Shown: one piece after another, positions 47,285 through 61,630 of the stretch
Numbering within the stretch: position 1 is the first letter of the stretch
Layout: each line of letters begins with the position of its first letter
Program-made: the position numbers and the translations under genes
NCBI GenBank assembly: GCA_040954595.2
Contig: CM082588.2
Location: 9,284,844 to 9,348,843 of the forward strand
From: Balanoglossus misakiensis
Taxonomy: Eukaryota > Animalia > Hemichordata
Reading direction: 5' to 3'
Length of the DNA: 64,000 nucleotides
Notes under the pieces: model-generated
Seen by the model: the letters and a program-made list of their open reading frames with translations, nothing else
The model's database searches: none
Told to the model about the DNA's origin: nothing

Positions 47285-50200
47285 CAGTGTTTCACAATTG
47301 TAAACAAACAACCTGTGTGAAACCAAGGTGTTCATAATGATGGGGGAAGGGGGGTGTAAGTGATTACAAATTTTTGTTTCAGGTACTGTAGCTTGATACG
47401 AAAACTTTGAACTAACCTGCAGTATTAAAATGCTGCAACATGATGTGTTTTGGCATTAATAAGTTTACTATGCTTGTGTTATTAAGTGAACAGTGTTTCA
47501 CAATCGTAAACAAACAACCTGTGTGAATCCAAGGTGTTCTAATTGATTATAATGGGGGAGGGGGTTGTTGGGGTGTCAGTGATTACAAATTTTTGTTTCA
47601 GGTACTGTAGCTTGATATGAAAACTTTGAACTAACCTGCAGTATTAAAATGCTGCAACATGATGTGTTTTGGCATTAATAATTTTACTATGCTTGTGTTA
47701 TTAAGTGAACAGTGTTTCACAATCGTAAACAAACAACCTGTGTGAATCCAAGGTGTTCTAATTGATAATAATGGGGGAGGGGGGGGGGGTTGTTGGGGTG
47801 TCAGTGATTACAAATTTTTGTTTCAGGTACTGTAGCTTGATATGAAAACTTTGAACTAACCTGCAGTATTAAAATGCTGCAACATGATGTGTTTTGGCAT
47901 TAATAATTTTACTATGCTTGTGTTATTAAGTGAACAGTGTTTCACAATCGTAAACAAACAACCTGTGTGAATCCAAGGTGTTCTAATTGATAATAATGGG
48001 GGGGGGGGGTTGTTGGGGTGTCAGTGATTACAAATTTTTGTTTCAGGTACTGTAGCTTGATATGAAAACTTTGAACTAACCTGCAGTATTAAAATGCTGC
48101 ACCATGATGTGTTTTATCATTAATAAGTTTACTATGCTTGTGTTATTAAGTGAACAGTGTTTCATAATCGTAAACAAACAACCAGTGTGAACCAAGGTGT
48201 TCTAATTGGTAATGATCGGGGGAGGGGGGTGTCAGGGGTGGGGGGTGTCAGTGATTACAAATTTTTGTTTCAGGTACTGTAGCTTGATATGAAAACTTTG
48301 AACTAACCTGCAGTATTAAAATGCTGCACCATGATGTGTTTTATCATTAATAATTTTTCTATGCTTGTGTTATTAAGTGAACAGTGTTTCACAATCGTAA
48401 ACAAACAACCAGTGTGAACCAAGGTGTTCTAATTGGTAATGATCGGGTGTGGGGGGTGTCAGTGATTACAAATTTTTGTTTCAGGTACTGTAGCTTGATA
48501 TGAAAACTTTGAACTAACCTGCAGTATTAAAATGCTGCACCATGATGTGTTTAATTTCATTAATAATTTTACTATGCTTGTGTTATTAAGTGAACAGTGT
48601 TTTACAATCGTAAACAAACAACCAGTACAATGAACCAAGGTGTTCTAATTGGTAATGATCGGGGGTGGGGGATGTTAGGGGTGGGGGGTGTAAGTGATTA
48701 CAAATTTTTGTTTCAGGTACTGTAGCTTGATATGAAAACTTTGAACTAACCTGCAGTATTAAAATGCTGCACCATGATGTGTTTTGGCATTAATAATTTT
48801 ACTATGCTTGTGTTATTAAGCGAACAGTGTTTCACAATCGTAAACAAACAACCTGTGTGAATCCAAGGTGTTCTAATTGATAATAATGGGGGGGGGGGGG
48901 GGGGTTGTTGGGGTGTCAGTGATTACATATTTTTGTTTCAGGTACTGTAGCTTGATATGAAAACTTTGAACTAACCTGCAGTATTAAAATGCTGCACCAT
49001 GATGTGTTTTATCATTAATAATTTTCCTATGCTTGTGTTATTAAGTGAACAGTGTTTCACAATCGTAAACAAACAACCAGTGTGAACCAAGGTGTTCTAA
49101 TTGGTAATGATCGGGGGAGGGGGGTGTCAGGGGTGGGGGGTGTCAGTGATTACAAATTTTTGTTTCAGGTACTGTAGCTTGATATGAAAACTTTGAACTA
49201 ATCTGCAGTATTAAAATGCTGCACCATGATGTGTTTAATTTCATTAATAATTTTACTATGCTTGTGTTATTAAGTAAACAGTGTTTCACAATCGTAAACA
49301 AACAACCAGTGTGAAACCAAGGTATTCATAGTGATGGGGGGTGGGGTGTCAGCAATTCATAATGATTGGGGGTGGGGGTGTGTCAGCGATTTATAATGAT
49401 GGGGGTGGGGGTGTCAGTGATTACAAAATTTTGTTTCAGGTACTGTAGCTTGATATGAAAACTTTGAACTAACCTGCAGTATTAAAATGCTGCACCATGA
49501 TGTGTTTAATTTCATTAATAATTTTACTATGCTTGTGTTATTAAGTAAACAGTGTTTCACAATCGTAAACAAACAACCAGTGTGAAACCAAGGTATTCTT
49601 AATGATGGGGGGTGTGGTGTCAGCAATTCATAATGATTGGGGGTGGGGGTGTGTCAGCGATTTATAATGATGGGGGGTGGGGGTGTCAGTGATTACAAAT
49701 TTTTGTTTCAGGTACTGTAGCTTGATATGAAAACTTTGAACTAATCTGCAGTATTAAAATGCTGCACCATGATGTGTTTTATCATTAATAATTTTACTAT
49801 GCTTGTGTTATTAAGTGAACAGTGTTTCACAATCGTAAACAAACAACCAGTGTGAACCAAGGTGTTCTAATTGGTAATGATCGGGGGAGGGGGGTGTCTG
49901 GGGTGGGGGTGTAAGTGATTACAAATTTTATGTTTCAGGTACTGTAGCTTGATATGAAAACTTTGAACTAATCTGCAGTATTTAAATGCTGCACCATGAT
50001 ATGTTTAATTTCATTAATAATTTTACTATGCTTGTGTTATTAAGTGAACAGTGTTTCACAATCGTAAACAAACAACCAGTGTGAACCAAGGTGTTCTAAT
50101 TGGTAATGATCGGGGGAGGGGGGTGTCTGGGGTGGGGGGTGTAAGTGATTACAAATTTTATGTTTCAGGTACTGTAGCTTGATATGAAAACTTTGAACTA

Positions 50201-53200
50201 AACTGCAGTATTTAAATGCTGCACCATGATATGTTTAATTTCATTAATAATTTTACTATTCTTGTGTTATTAAGTAAACAGTGTTTCACAATCGTAAACA
50301 AACAACCAGTGTGAAACCAAGGTATTCATAGTGATGGGGGGGTGTGGTGTCAGCAATTCATAATGATTGGGGGTGGGGGTGTGTCAGTGATTTATAATGA
50401 TGGGGGTGGGGGTGTCAGTGATTACAAAATTTTGTTTCAGGTACTGTAGCTTGATATGAAAACTTTGAACTAACCTGCAGTATTAAAATGCTGCACCATG
50501 ATGTGTTTTATCATTAATAATTTTACTATGCTTGTGTTATTAAGTGAACAGTGTTTCACAATCGTAAACAAACAACCAGTGTGAACCAAGGTGTTCTAAT
50601 TGGTAATGGTCGGGGGTGGGGGGTGTTAGGGGTGGGGGGTGTAAGTGATTACAAATTTTTGTTTCAGGTACTGTAGCTTGATATGAAAACTTTGAACTAA
50701 CCTGCAGTATTAAAATGCTGCACCATGATGTGTTTTGGCTTTAATAATTTTACTATGCTTGTGTTATTAAGTGAACAGTGTTTCACAATCGTAAACAAAC
50801 AACCTGTGTGAATCCAAGGTGTTCTAATTGATAATAATGGGGGGGGGGGTTGTTGGGGTGTCAGTGATTACAAATTTTTGTTTCAGGTACTGTAGCTTGA
50901 TATGAAAACTTTGAACTAACCTGCAGTATTAAAATGCTGCAACATGATGTGTTTTGGCATTAATAATTTTACTATGCTTGTGTTATTAAGTGAACAGTGT
51001 TTCACAATCATAAACAAACAACCAGTGTGAAACCAAGGTGTTCTCATTGATAATAATGGGGGGGGGGGGGGGTTGTTGGGGTGTCAGTGATTACAAATTT
51101 TTGTTTCAGGTACTGTAGCTTGATATGAAAACTTTGAACTAACCTGCAGTATTAAAATACTGCACCATGATGTGTTTTGGCATTAATAATTTTACTATGC
51201 TTGTGTTATTAAGTGAACAGTGTTTCACAATCGTAAACAAACAACCTGTGTGAATCCAAGGTGTTCTAATTAAGCAATAAAACACCCCCAGCCATGGTAT
51301 ATCACGAGATTTTGACCAGTTCACGACATATACGCACAAGCGATAGCGAGTGCGTATATGGAGTTGAACTGGTCAAAATCGAGTGGTATACCATGGCTGG
51401 GGTGTTTTATTGCTATTATATTATGCCAGTATATTGAAACTTTGCATAAAACATTTTAAAAAGGCATTTTCTTTAACTATGATATATGACTGTGGTATAT
51501 GGCTAATATATCACGGTCACGTGTCGTGTCTCGACCAATCAAATAGCGTGATTTACACCATCAATATACTGGTATAATATAATTGATAATAATGGGGGGG
51601 GGGGGTTGTTGGGGTGTCAGTGATTACATATTTTTGTTTCAGGTACTGTCAGCTTGATATGAAAACTTTGAACTAACCTGCAGTATTAAAATGCTGCACC
51701 ATGATGTGTTTTGGCATTAATAATTTTACTATGCTTGTGTTATTAAGTGAACAGTGTTTCACAATCGTAAACAAACAACCAGTGTGAACGAAGGTGTTCT
51801 AATTGGTAATGATCGGGGGTGAGGGGTGTCAGGGGTGGGGGGTGTCAGTGATTACAAATTTTTGTTTCAGGTACTGTAGCTTGATATGAAAACTTTGAAC
51901 TAATCTGCAGTATTAAAATGCTGCACCATGATGTGTTTAATTTCATTAATAATTTTACTATGCTTGTGTTATTAAGTAAACAGTGTTTTACAATCGTAAA
52001 CAAACAACCAGTGTGAAACCAAGGTATTCATAGTGATGGGGGGTGGGGTGTCAGCAATTCATAATGATTGGGGGTGGGGGTGTGTCAGCGATTTATAATG
52101 ATGGGGGTGGGGGTGTCAGTGATTACAAATTTTTGTTTCAGGTACTGTAGCTTGATATGAAAACTTTGAACTAATCTGCAGTATTAAAATGCTGCACCAT
52201 GATGTGTTTTATCATTAATAATTTTACTATGCTTGTGTTATTAAGTGAACAGTGTTTCACAATCGTAAACAAACAACCAGTGTGAACCAAGGTGTTCTAA
52301 TTGGTAATGATCGGGGGTGGGGGGTGTTAGGGGTGGGGGGTGTAAGTGATTACAAATTTTTCTTTCAGGTACTGTAGCTTGATATGAAAACTTTGAACTA
52401 ATCTGCAGTATTAAAATGCTGCACCATGATGTGTTTAATTTCATTAATAATTTTACTATGCTTGTGTTATTAAGTAAACAGTGTTTCACAATCGTAAACA
52501 AACAACCAGTGTGAACCAAGGTGTTCTAATTGGTAATGATCGGGGGAGGGGGGTGTCAGGGGTGGGGGGTGTCAGTGATTACAAATTTTTGTTTCAGGTA
52601 CTGTAGCTTGATATGAAAACTTTGAACTAATCTTCAGTATTAAAATGCTGCACCATGATGTGTTTAATTTCATTAATAATTTTACTATGCTTGTGTTATT
52701 AAGTAAACAGTGTTTCACAATCGTAAACAAACAACCAGTGTGAAACCAAGGTATTCATAGTGATGGGGCGTGGGGTGTCAGCAATTCATAATGATTGGGG
52801 GTGGGGGTGTGTCAGTGATTTATAATGATGGGGGTGGGGGTGTCAGTGATTACAAAATTTTGTTTCAGGTACTGTAGCTTGATATGAAAACTTTAAACTA
52901 ATCTGCAGTATTAAAATGCTGCACCATGATGTGTTTAATTTCATTAATAATTTTACTATGCTTGTGTTATTAAGTGAACAGTGTTTCACAATCGTAAACA
53001 AACAACCAGTGTGAACCAAGGTGTTCTAATTGGTAATGATCGGGGGAGGGGGGTGTCAGGGGTGGGGGTGTCAGTGATTACAAATTTTTGTTTCAGGTAC
53101 TGTAGCTTGATATGAAAACTTTGAACTAACCTGCAGTATTAAAATGCTGCACCATGATGTGTTTTATCATTAATAATTTTACTATGCTTGTGTTATTAAG

Positions 53201-55747
53201 TGAACAGTGTTTCACAATCGTAAACAAACAACCAGTGTGAACCAAGGTGTTCTAATTGGTAATGATCGGGGGTGGGGGGTGTAAGTGATTACAAATTTTT
53301 GTTTCAGGTACTGTAGCTTGATATGAAAACTTTGAACTAACCTGCAGTATTAAAATGCTGCACCATGATGTGTTTAATTTCATTCATAATTTTACTATGC
53401 TTGTGTTATTAAGTGAACAGTGTTTCACAATCGTAAACAAACAACCAGTGTGAACCAAGGTGTTCTAATTGGTAATGATCGGGGGAGGGGGGTGTCAGGG
53501 GTGGGGGGTGTCAGTGATTACAAATTTTTGTTTCAGGTACTGTAGCTTGATATGAAAACTTTGAACTAACCTGTAGTATTAAAATGCTGCACCATGATGT
53601 GTTTTATCATTAATAATTTTACTATGCTTGTGTTATTAAGTGAACAGTGTTTCACAATCGTAAACAAACAACCAGTGTGAACCAAGGTGTTCTAATTGGT
53701 AATGATCGGGGGTGGGGGGTGTTAGGGGTGGGGGGTGTAAGTGATTACAAATTTTTGTTTCAGGTACTGTAGCTTGATATGAAAACTTTGAACTAACCTG
53801 CAGTATTAAAATGCTGCACCATGATGTGTTTTGGCATTAATAATTTTACTATGCTTGTGTTATTAAGCGAACAGTGTTTCACAATCGTAAACAAACAACC
53901 TGTGTGAATCCAAGGTGTTCTAATTGATAATAATGGGGGGGGGGGGGTTGTTGGGGTGTCAGTGATTACAAATTTTTGTTTCAGGTACTGTAGCTTGATA
54001 TGAAAACTTTGAACTAACCTGCAGTATTAAAATGCTGCACCATGATGTGTTTTGGCATTAATAATTTTACTATGCTTGTGTTATTAAGCGAACAGTGTTT
54101 CACAATCGTAAACAAACAACCAGTGTGAACCAAGGTGTTCTAATTGGTAATGATCGGGGGAGGGGGGTGTCAGGGGTGGGGGGTGTCAGTGATTACAAAT
54201 TTTTGTTTCAGGTACTGTAGCTTGATATGAAAACTTTGAACTAATCTGCAGTATTAAAATGCTGCACCATGATGTGTTTAATTTCATTAATAATTTTACT
54301 ATGCTTGTGTTATTAAGTAAACAGTGTTTCACAATCGTAAACAAACAACCAGTGTGAAACCAAGGTATTCATAGTGATGGGGGGTGGGGTGTCAGCAATT
54401 CATAATGATTGGGGGTGGGGGTGTGTCAGCGATTTATAATGATGGGGGTGGGGGTGTCAGTGATTACAAAATTTTGTTTCAGGTACTGTAGCTTGATATG
54501 AAAACTTTGAACTAATCTGCAGTATTAAAATGCTGCACCATGATGTGTTTTATCATTAATAATTTTACTATGCTTGTGTTATTAAGTGAACAGTGTTTCA
54601 CAATCGTAAACAAACAACCAGTGTGAACCAAGGTGTTCTAATTGGTAATGATCGGGGGAGGGGGGTGTCTGGGGTGGGGGTGTAAGTGATTACAAATTTT
54701 ATGTTTCAGGTACTGTAGCTTGATATGAAAACTTTGAACTAATCTGCAGTATTTAAATGCTGCACCATGATATGTTTAATTTCATTAATAATTTTACTAT
54801 GCTTGTGTTATTAAGTGAACAGTGTTTCACAATCGTAAACAAACAACCAGTGTGAACCAAGATGTTCTAATTGGTAATGATCGGGGGAGGGGGGTGTCTG
54901 GGGTGGGGGGTGTAAGTGATTACAAATTTTATGTTTCAGGTACTGTAGCTTGATATGAAAACTTTGAACTAAACTGCAGTATTTAAATGCTGCACCATGA
55001 TATGTTTAATTTCATTAATAATTTTACTATGCTTGTGTTATTAAGTAAACAGTGTTTTACAATCGTAAACAAACAACCAGTGTGAAACCAAGGTATTCAT
55101 AGTGATGGGGGGTGGGGTGTCAGCAATTCATAATGATTGGGGGTGGGGGTGTGTCAGCGATTTATAATGATGTGGGTGGGGGTGTCAGTGATTACAAAAT
55201 TTTGTTTCAGGTACTGTAGCTTGATATGAAAATTTTGAAATAACCTGCAGTATTAAAATGCTGCACCATGATGTGTTTAATTTCATTAATAATTTTACTA
55301 TGCGTGTGTTATTAAGTAAACAGTGTTTCACAATCGTAAACAAACATCGAGTGTGAAACCAAGGTATTCATAATGATGAGGGTGGGGTGTCAGCAATTCA
55401 TAATGATGGGGGGTGGGGGGGGTGTGTGTCATCGATTTATAATGATGGGGGGTGGGGGTGTAAGTGATTACAAATTTTTGTTTCAGGTACTGTAGCTTGA
55501 TATGAAAACTTTGAACTAATCTGCAGTATTAAAATGCTGCACCATGATGTGTTTTATCATTAATAATTTTACTATGCTTGTGTTATTAAGTGAACAGTGT
55601 TTCACAATCGTAAACAAACAACCAGTGTGAACCAAGGTGTTCTAATTGGTAATGATCGGGGGTGGGGGGTGTTAGGGGTGGGGGGTGTAAGTGATTACAA
55701 ATTTTTGTTTCAGGTACTGTAGCTTGATATGAAAACTTTGAACTAAC
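47285..55747 (+). repeat. Tandem satellite with 210-285-bp monomers (conserved core plus variable G-rich spacer), about 35 copies
   Basis: Recurring GTGATTACAAATTTTTGTTTCAGGTACTGTAGCTTGATATGAAAACTTTGAACTAA...GTAAACAAACAACC core. Confidence 0.97.
51272..51584. mobile_element. Hairpin-headed non-autonomous element (Crypton-like) inserted in the satellite
   Basis: About 140-bp palindrome AGCAATAAAACACCCC...GGGGTGTTTTATTGCT. Second IR ATTATATTATGCCAGTATATTGA / TCAATATACTGGTATAATATAAT. TAATT repeated at 51267-51271 and 51580-51584. Confidence 0.75.
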
Positions 55748-57089
55748 GTTTTTTCCAGACAGTGTTTGCATTGAACCGGTAATTGTGATCACAATTCATT
55801 CCAGATTAAATGATATGATTAACATTGCATTATATAACATTTATGTTCCAGATGTGTATGTATTTAATTGTGTTTTAATACCATCCAGTCAGTTTCACCA
55901 ACAGCTCATTGTCTTTCCCCCTTTTCATCAGTGAAGTTAGCACCCATTTGAAAATTGGAAAATAATTTACATAACATGTATATATGTTTGGCTGTTTTGG
56001 AAATTGCAGTAATTTAGTAAATGAACATTCAGAATTACTGGTGTATAATGTCAGCTATGGGTATAAAAAATTGCCATTTGAAATTTTAATATTATAATAT
56101 TCTTAGACTTACAAATTTACATACTGATAATAATAAACATTATTTAAGAGTTTAATACAATCCCCTCAGCTAGATTAATAAACTTGTGACTTTGTAGAAT
56201 GCTGTTGGTTGAAACTTTCTGATTTTCATGGGTAAACATTTTGATTTTATTCCCGTAAATGTTGGTGATGGTGGTGGCAGTTTTGATGTTAATTGTTATT
56301 GCTAAATAATGGTGATGGCATTGATGGTTGTACTGATGTTGATGGCGGTTGTGATGATGATGATGGTGGTGGTAGTGATGATGATGATGATGATGATGAT
56401 TATGGTGGTGATGATTGTAATGATGATGATGGTGATATGATTGTAATGATGATGATGGTGATGGTGATAAATAAGAAATGTGTTGTTTTTTCATTCACCC
56501 AAAGCGGTGGAACTTTAATATTCTGCTGAATTTGTATTGATTGTCAAGTACGCTTAGCTTATAGTGATAATTTAGTACTTATGTCTGATGATTTTAGGGA
56601 ATAACTACTGAAAAGTCCATTAATAATTTTGTAGTTTTTATCACTGTAATTTTTCTTAAACCTACAACTACGCATAAATTGTAATGGCAATTTTCCAGTA
56701 AGGAGCTTAAGCCAGTGAATGGTATAGTTTAGCAATTGTAATGTACATAATATATAAACAGGTGATAATTACAGGAATAATTTTAAATTTGTGGAATTTT
56801 CGTCCCCACGGGACTGTGTCATTGACAACGATTAGTTAACTGAGTACCAGTCCATGTTTCTCCCCTAGAAATATTTTCACATTTGTAAGTCTGTTGGGTA
56901 AATAAATAAGTATATCAGATCCTAGAATTTTACAATTTGGTTAATGTGCATCAGCTAGCTAACTGCCTACCAGCTGAAAGGGGCAACACTATGTAAGTGT
57001 GACATACTAGGTACCATTAAACTCAACCTGTCTATGATAATAAATTAATATTTACTATTTATTATTTGTTGCAGGTGTTGGGGATTGTT

Positions 57090-58317
57090 AGCAGCCAAGT
57101 TGAAGTCCATAGCAGTCAGTTTTAATTGTCTATTTACACAATTTTTTTCTCATTAGTTTCAGATTCCCATGATGCAAAATATCCTCCAGTCCAGATGCCA
57201 AGTTAGTAACCAAGGTAACATGATTCCTGTGGTGTGAGTATGCAAATTAATATTGTGTGACCAGCCATTCAAGTACATTCCATCCCTAAATCACAATGAA
57301 AATCTGAATGTCACAAAAAGCCAAGATCTCTGGCTTGCAGTCATGTGACATCTTTGTGTCGCTTGTGTTTTCCTGGACACTTTGCACTAGTCGCCTTTAA
57401 ACCAGACACAACTGAGCACCCATCGAGAAATAATTATGGATTGGAGCCAAGTTGCAGTCTGTAGCAGTCAGTTATAATTGTCTATTTACACAATTTTCTC
57501 ATTAGTTTCAGATTTCCATGATGCAAAATATCCTCCAGTCCAGACACCAAACTGGTAACCAAGGTAACATGATTCCTGTGGTGTGAGTATGCAAATTAAG
57601 TTTGTGTGACCAGCCATTCAAGTACATTCCATCCCTAAACCACAATGAAAATCTGAATGTCACAAAAAGCCAAGATTATGGCTTGCAGTCATATGTCATC
57701 TTTGTGTCGCTTGTGTTTTCCTGGACGCTTGCACTAGTCGCCCAAAACAACTGAGCACCCAACAAGAAATAATTATGGATTGGAGCCAAGTTGAAGTTCA
57801 TAGAAGTCAGTTATAATTGTTTATTTACATAATTTTTCTCATTAGTTTCAGATTTCCATGATGCAAAATATCCTCCAGTCCAGATGGCAAGTTGGTAACC
57901 AAGGTAACATGATTCCTGTGGTGTGAGTATGCAAATCAATTTTGTGTAACCAGCCATTCAAGAACATTCCATCCCTAAACCACAATGAAAATCTGAATGT
58001 CACAAAAAGCCAAGATCTCTGGCTTGCAGTCATGTGACATCTTTGTGTCCCTTGAGTTTTCCTGGACACTTTGCCCTAGTCGCCTTGAAACCAGACACAA
58101 CTGAGCACCCAATGAGAAATAATTATGGATTGGAGCCAAGTTGAAGTTCATAGAAGTCAGTTATAATTGTCTATTTACATAATTTTTCTCATTAATTTCA
58201 GATTTCCATGATGCAAAATATCCTCCAGTCCAGATGCCAAGTTGGTAACCAGGTAACATGATTCCTATGGTGTGAGTATGCAAATTAAATTTGAGTAACC
58301 AGCCATTGAAGTACATT
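57090..58317 (+). repeat. Tandem repeat of about 345 bp, about 3.6 copies
   Basis: AGCCAAGTTG...CCATGATGCAAAATATCCTCCAGTCCAGA recurs at about 57093, 57445, 57784 and 58134. Confidence 0.92.
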
Positions 58318-58871
58318 CAGGGATCTGCCCACGCTGGTCGGCGCCGGTCGCGCGCGACCGGCACTCTTCAGGCCGCAACCAGGACAAAAAGGTCGCGACC
58401 ATTGCTATTGTACGCTGTGATACGCGAGTTTTGGCGTGAGAAATTTTCTTTTTCGGCGGAAATCAAACAAAGAAACCCGCTAAACTGTCGATAACAAGGT
58501 CGCGCGCGTTCGACTGACCGTGTGCGGTACATTGGGTCTACAGCTCGATGCAGCCGGCTGGGTCCCGCGATCGCGCGTGACCACCCACTCTTGAGATCGA
58601 CTCAAAAGTCGTTGTCACGGTCGGGATTGCTAATTGCCTCGATCGGTATAAAATTGTAGTCTTTGAAACCCCCAAAATCGTCATCATTGTTGATGTCGCC
58701 GTCATGAAAATGTCCGGTGAAAAATTGCCTGTCTTCCGGGTTTACAAAGCAAAGCAAAGACGCATACTGTCAAAGGTCACGTAACACTTTACATCGAGCT
58801 CATGAATATTAATAATCTCATTAATATTCATGAGCGCGACCACCACTCTGTTTTTGCTCGGCAGAACCCTG
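58318..58871. mobile_element. hAT-like MITE with a 6-bp flanking duplication
   Basis: CAGGGATCTGCC / GGCAGAACCCTG termini, TACATT on both sides, GC-rich interior with GGTCGCGC subrepeats. Confidence 0.75.
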
Positions 58872-58879
58872 TACATTAC

Positions 58880-60210
58880 ATTCATGAAGACAGGAGATCA
58901 TCTCTGTCCATAGATATATTTTACCATTATGTTGTTTGACACAGAAATACTTATTGGTGTATTCTCCATTGTTTTGCAGAAAGGGGTATCTAGCTGTTGA
59001 TCAACATCTGCCAAACTATACGTGTATGGTTTCTCTCTGGTGATCAACATCAATCAGTGGAACTAGATGTGTGTGTTCCTGCCTGTATTGCAGCCAAGTG
59101 GTGTCTGAGGGTAACATAAGATAATTCTTGTTCTCCTGAAGATTGTATAGACACCATGGATGACAGCATAGAATTTAATTGCTCATTTTGGAGGGCTGTG
59201 TGTGACTTATTGTATTGTCCATCCAGGAGATCATGTCTGTAAATTTTACTGTCAGCTTTTTTGACACTAAAATACTTTGTCATATTTTCCATTTTTGCAG
59301 ATATTGGTTTCTCTCTGGTGATCAACATCGAACTGTCAAACTAGATGTGTGTACATGCCTGTATTGCAGCCAAGTGGTGTCTGAGGGTAACATAAGATAA
59401 TTCTTGTTCTCCTGAAGATTGTATAGACACCATGGATGACAGCATAGAATTTAATTGCTCAGTTTGAAAGGCAGTGTGTGACTTATTGTACCGGTATTGT
59501 CCATCCAGGATACATTTTACTACCATGTTTTTTGACACTTAAATAAATCGTCATATTTTCCATTTTTGCAGATAATGGTTTCTCCCTGGTGATCAACATC
59601 GATCTGTCGAACGAGATGTGTGTACATGCCTGTATTGCAGCCAAGTGGTGTCTGAGGGTAACATAAGATAATTCTTGTTCTCCTAAAGATTGTGTAGACC
59701 CCATGGATGACAGCATAGAATTTAATTGCTCATTTTGGATGGCAGTGTGTGACTTATTGTATTGTCCATCTAGGAGATCATCTGTCTATACATTTTACTG
59801 CCATTTTTTGTCATATTTTCCATTTTTGCAGATATTGGTTTCTCTCTGGTGATCAACATCGATCTGTCGAACGAGATGTGTGTACACGCCTGTATTGCAG
59901 CCAAGTGGTGTCTGAGGGTAACATAAGATAATTCTTTTTTTTCTAAAGATTTTGTAGACCCTATAGAGGACAGCATAGAATTTAATGGCTCATTTTGGAG
60001 GACCTTGTTCAACGTATTGTATTGTTCATGAAGACAGGGATAATCTCTGTCCATAAATACATTTTGCCGTGCTGTTTGACACAGAAATACTTATTGGCAT
60101 ATTTTTCATTTTTGCAGATAACATTTACTGGTCCCTCTGATGAGTAACGTTTATCAACATAGATCTGTGCATGCTTGTATAGCCGCCAAGCACTTCAAAG
60201 GTAACATAGT
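58880..60210 (+). repeat. Tandem repeat of 260-280 bp, about 4-5 degenerate copies
   Basis: GCCTGTATTGCAGCCAAGTGGTGTCTGAGGGTAACATAAGATAATTCTT recurs at about 59081, 59357, 59628 and 59888. Confidence 0.9.
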
Positions 60211-61630
60211 ATTAACCTTATGGGCCACTGATAATAAAATTTGATGCATTCCTTCATTTTACTTGATAACGAACCCCCCCCCCCCCCCCCCGTACCCCCC
60301 CCCTACCCCACGTCGCCCCCTGAATGCTGCTATACACATCCATATAATATAAAAGCACTGGAAGTGCACATGGTCGGTATATACTGTGCGCTTCAGTAAG
60401 AATAAATATTCATCCAGCAATGCATGATGAACTGGGTCTGATTTTATAGCATTTATGCCCAAGTTGAGCTGGCCTTTCTACTTATTCATAACCGCTGTAC
60501 AGAGAGGTCCAGTCAACACCATACACGGAATACTGTAACTGATGTCAAATCCATCCTCTTACTTTCTGTTCCAATATGCATTCAACCAGTTCATTGCCTG
60601 GTGAAAAACAGCAGATTCTTTAACTTGTAGTTTCGCAGACTTCAATTCACTCTTTTGACGCGGGCTTAATCTTTATTATGTAGAGTTTTAAGGGAGTGTC
60701 ACACCACTATTACTATTACATATAGTGATCAAGAAATGACCTGATTGGATGTTGTCACATTCTGGGCCCCCTTTACCCCTGTTCAGTGTTTGACGGGAGC
60801 ATATTTTTGTTTCTGTGTGAAAGATGAATGTCTCTTATTTGCTGTAATCAATCAATCAATACAAGGTGAGTGTAATGTCATCTTTCTGTGTCTAGGCAAG
60901 AAGAGGATACATGTATGAATGCAGAAGCCCCAGTGAATCGGATGCAGAGATGTTTCCTTCCAAGGACAGTGACTTTCTGTTACTGACTTTGATTCCATCG
61001 TCATTGCAAGAACAGAACTTCTCCCATGGGTTCAAATTGAACATTGATCCATCCCTACCTCAGTTATATGATCTGTATTACAAATGTATTATTCTGATAG
61101 CATTTTTTGTAATTGTGTCAGACAGAGAGAAGGGGGCAAGTTAAAACTAAATTGTACACTTCAGTTCGCCAACACTGCTAAATTATCGCCCTGATTTTAA
61201 TATTCAGCATAACCTGAAGGTTGTTGAATCCTATAGGCACAATAAGCATTGCACGTAACAAGCACTTAGTGTAAATTTGCGTTAATTGCACAGGGTACAG
61301 CAGCCTTCAGGTGTTTACTGTTTAGCTTTGTAGCATAATTGCACCCACATATAAAGAAAAAGTCAAGTTAAGATATTAAAGCTGAATGGTAAACAGAATA
61401 CAAAGGGTTTACAGCATTAGTCCTGTATTGATACAGAAAGCAAATATGACAATGAACAGTTAACCAACATTGACAATTGTTTGACTGGCTCTCTCTCTCT
61501 CTCTCTCTCTCTCTCTAAACTTGGACGGTCATCTTTCCAGAATGTACTGGATATAGGCATGATTTACTAGTATTGTACATTTTGAAAGTATGAATTGGTA
61601 ATGCAGAAGAAATATGTGCCAATCAATCTG

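Noticed and set aside
56144-56529. His-rich and Asp-rich ORFs (also 45774-45959 and 46770-46990)
   Set aside because: Degenerate (GAT/GGT)n microsatellite.
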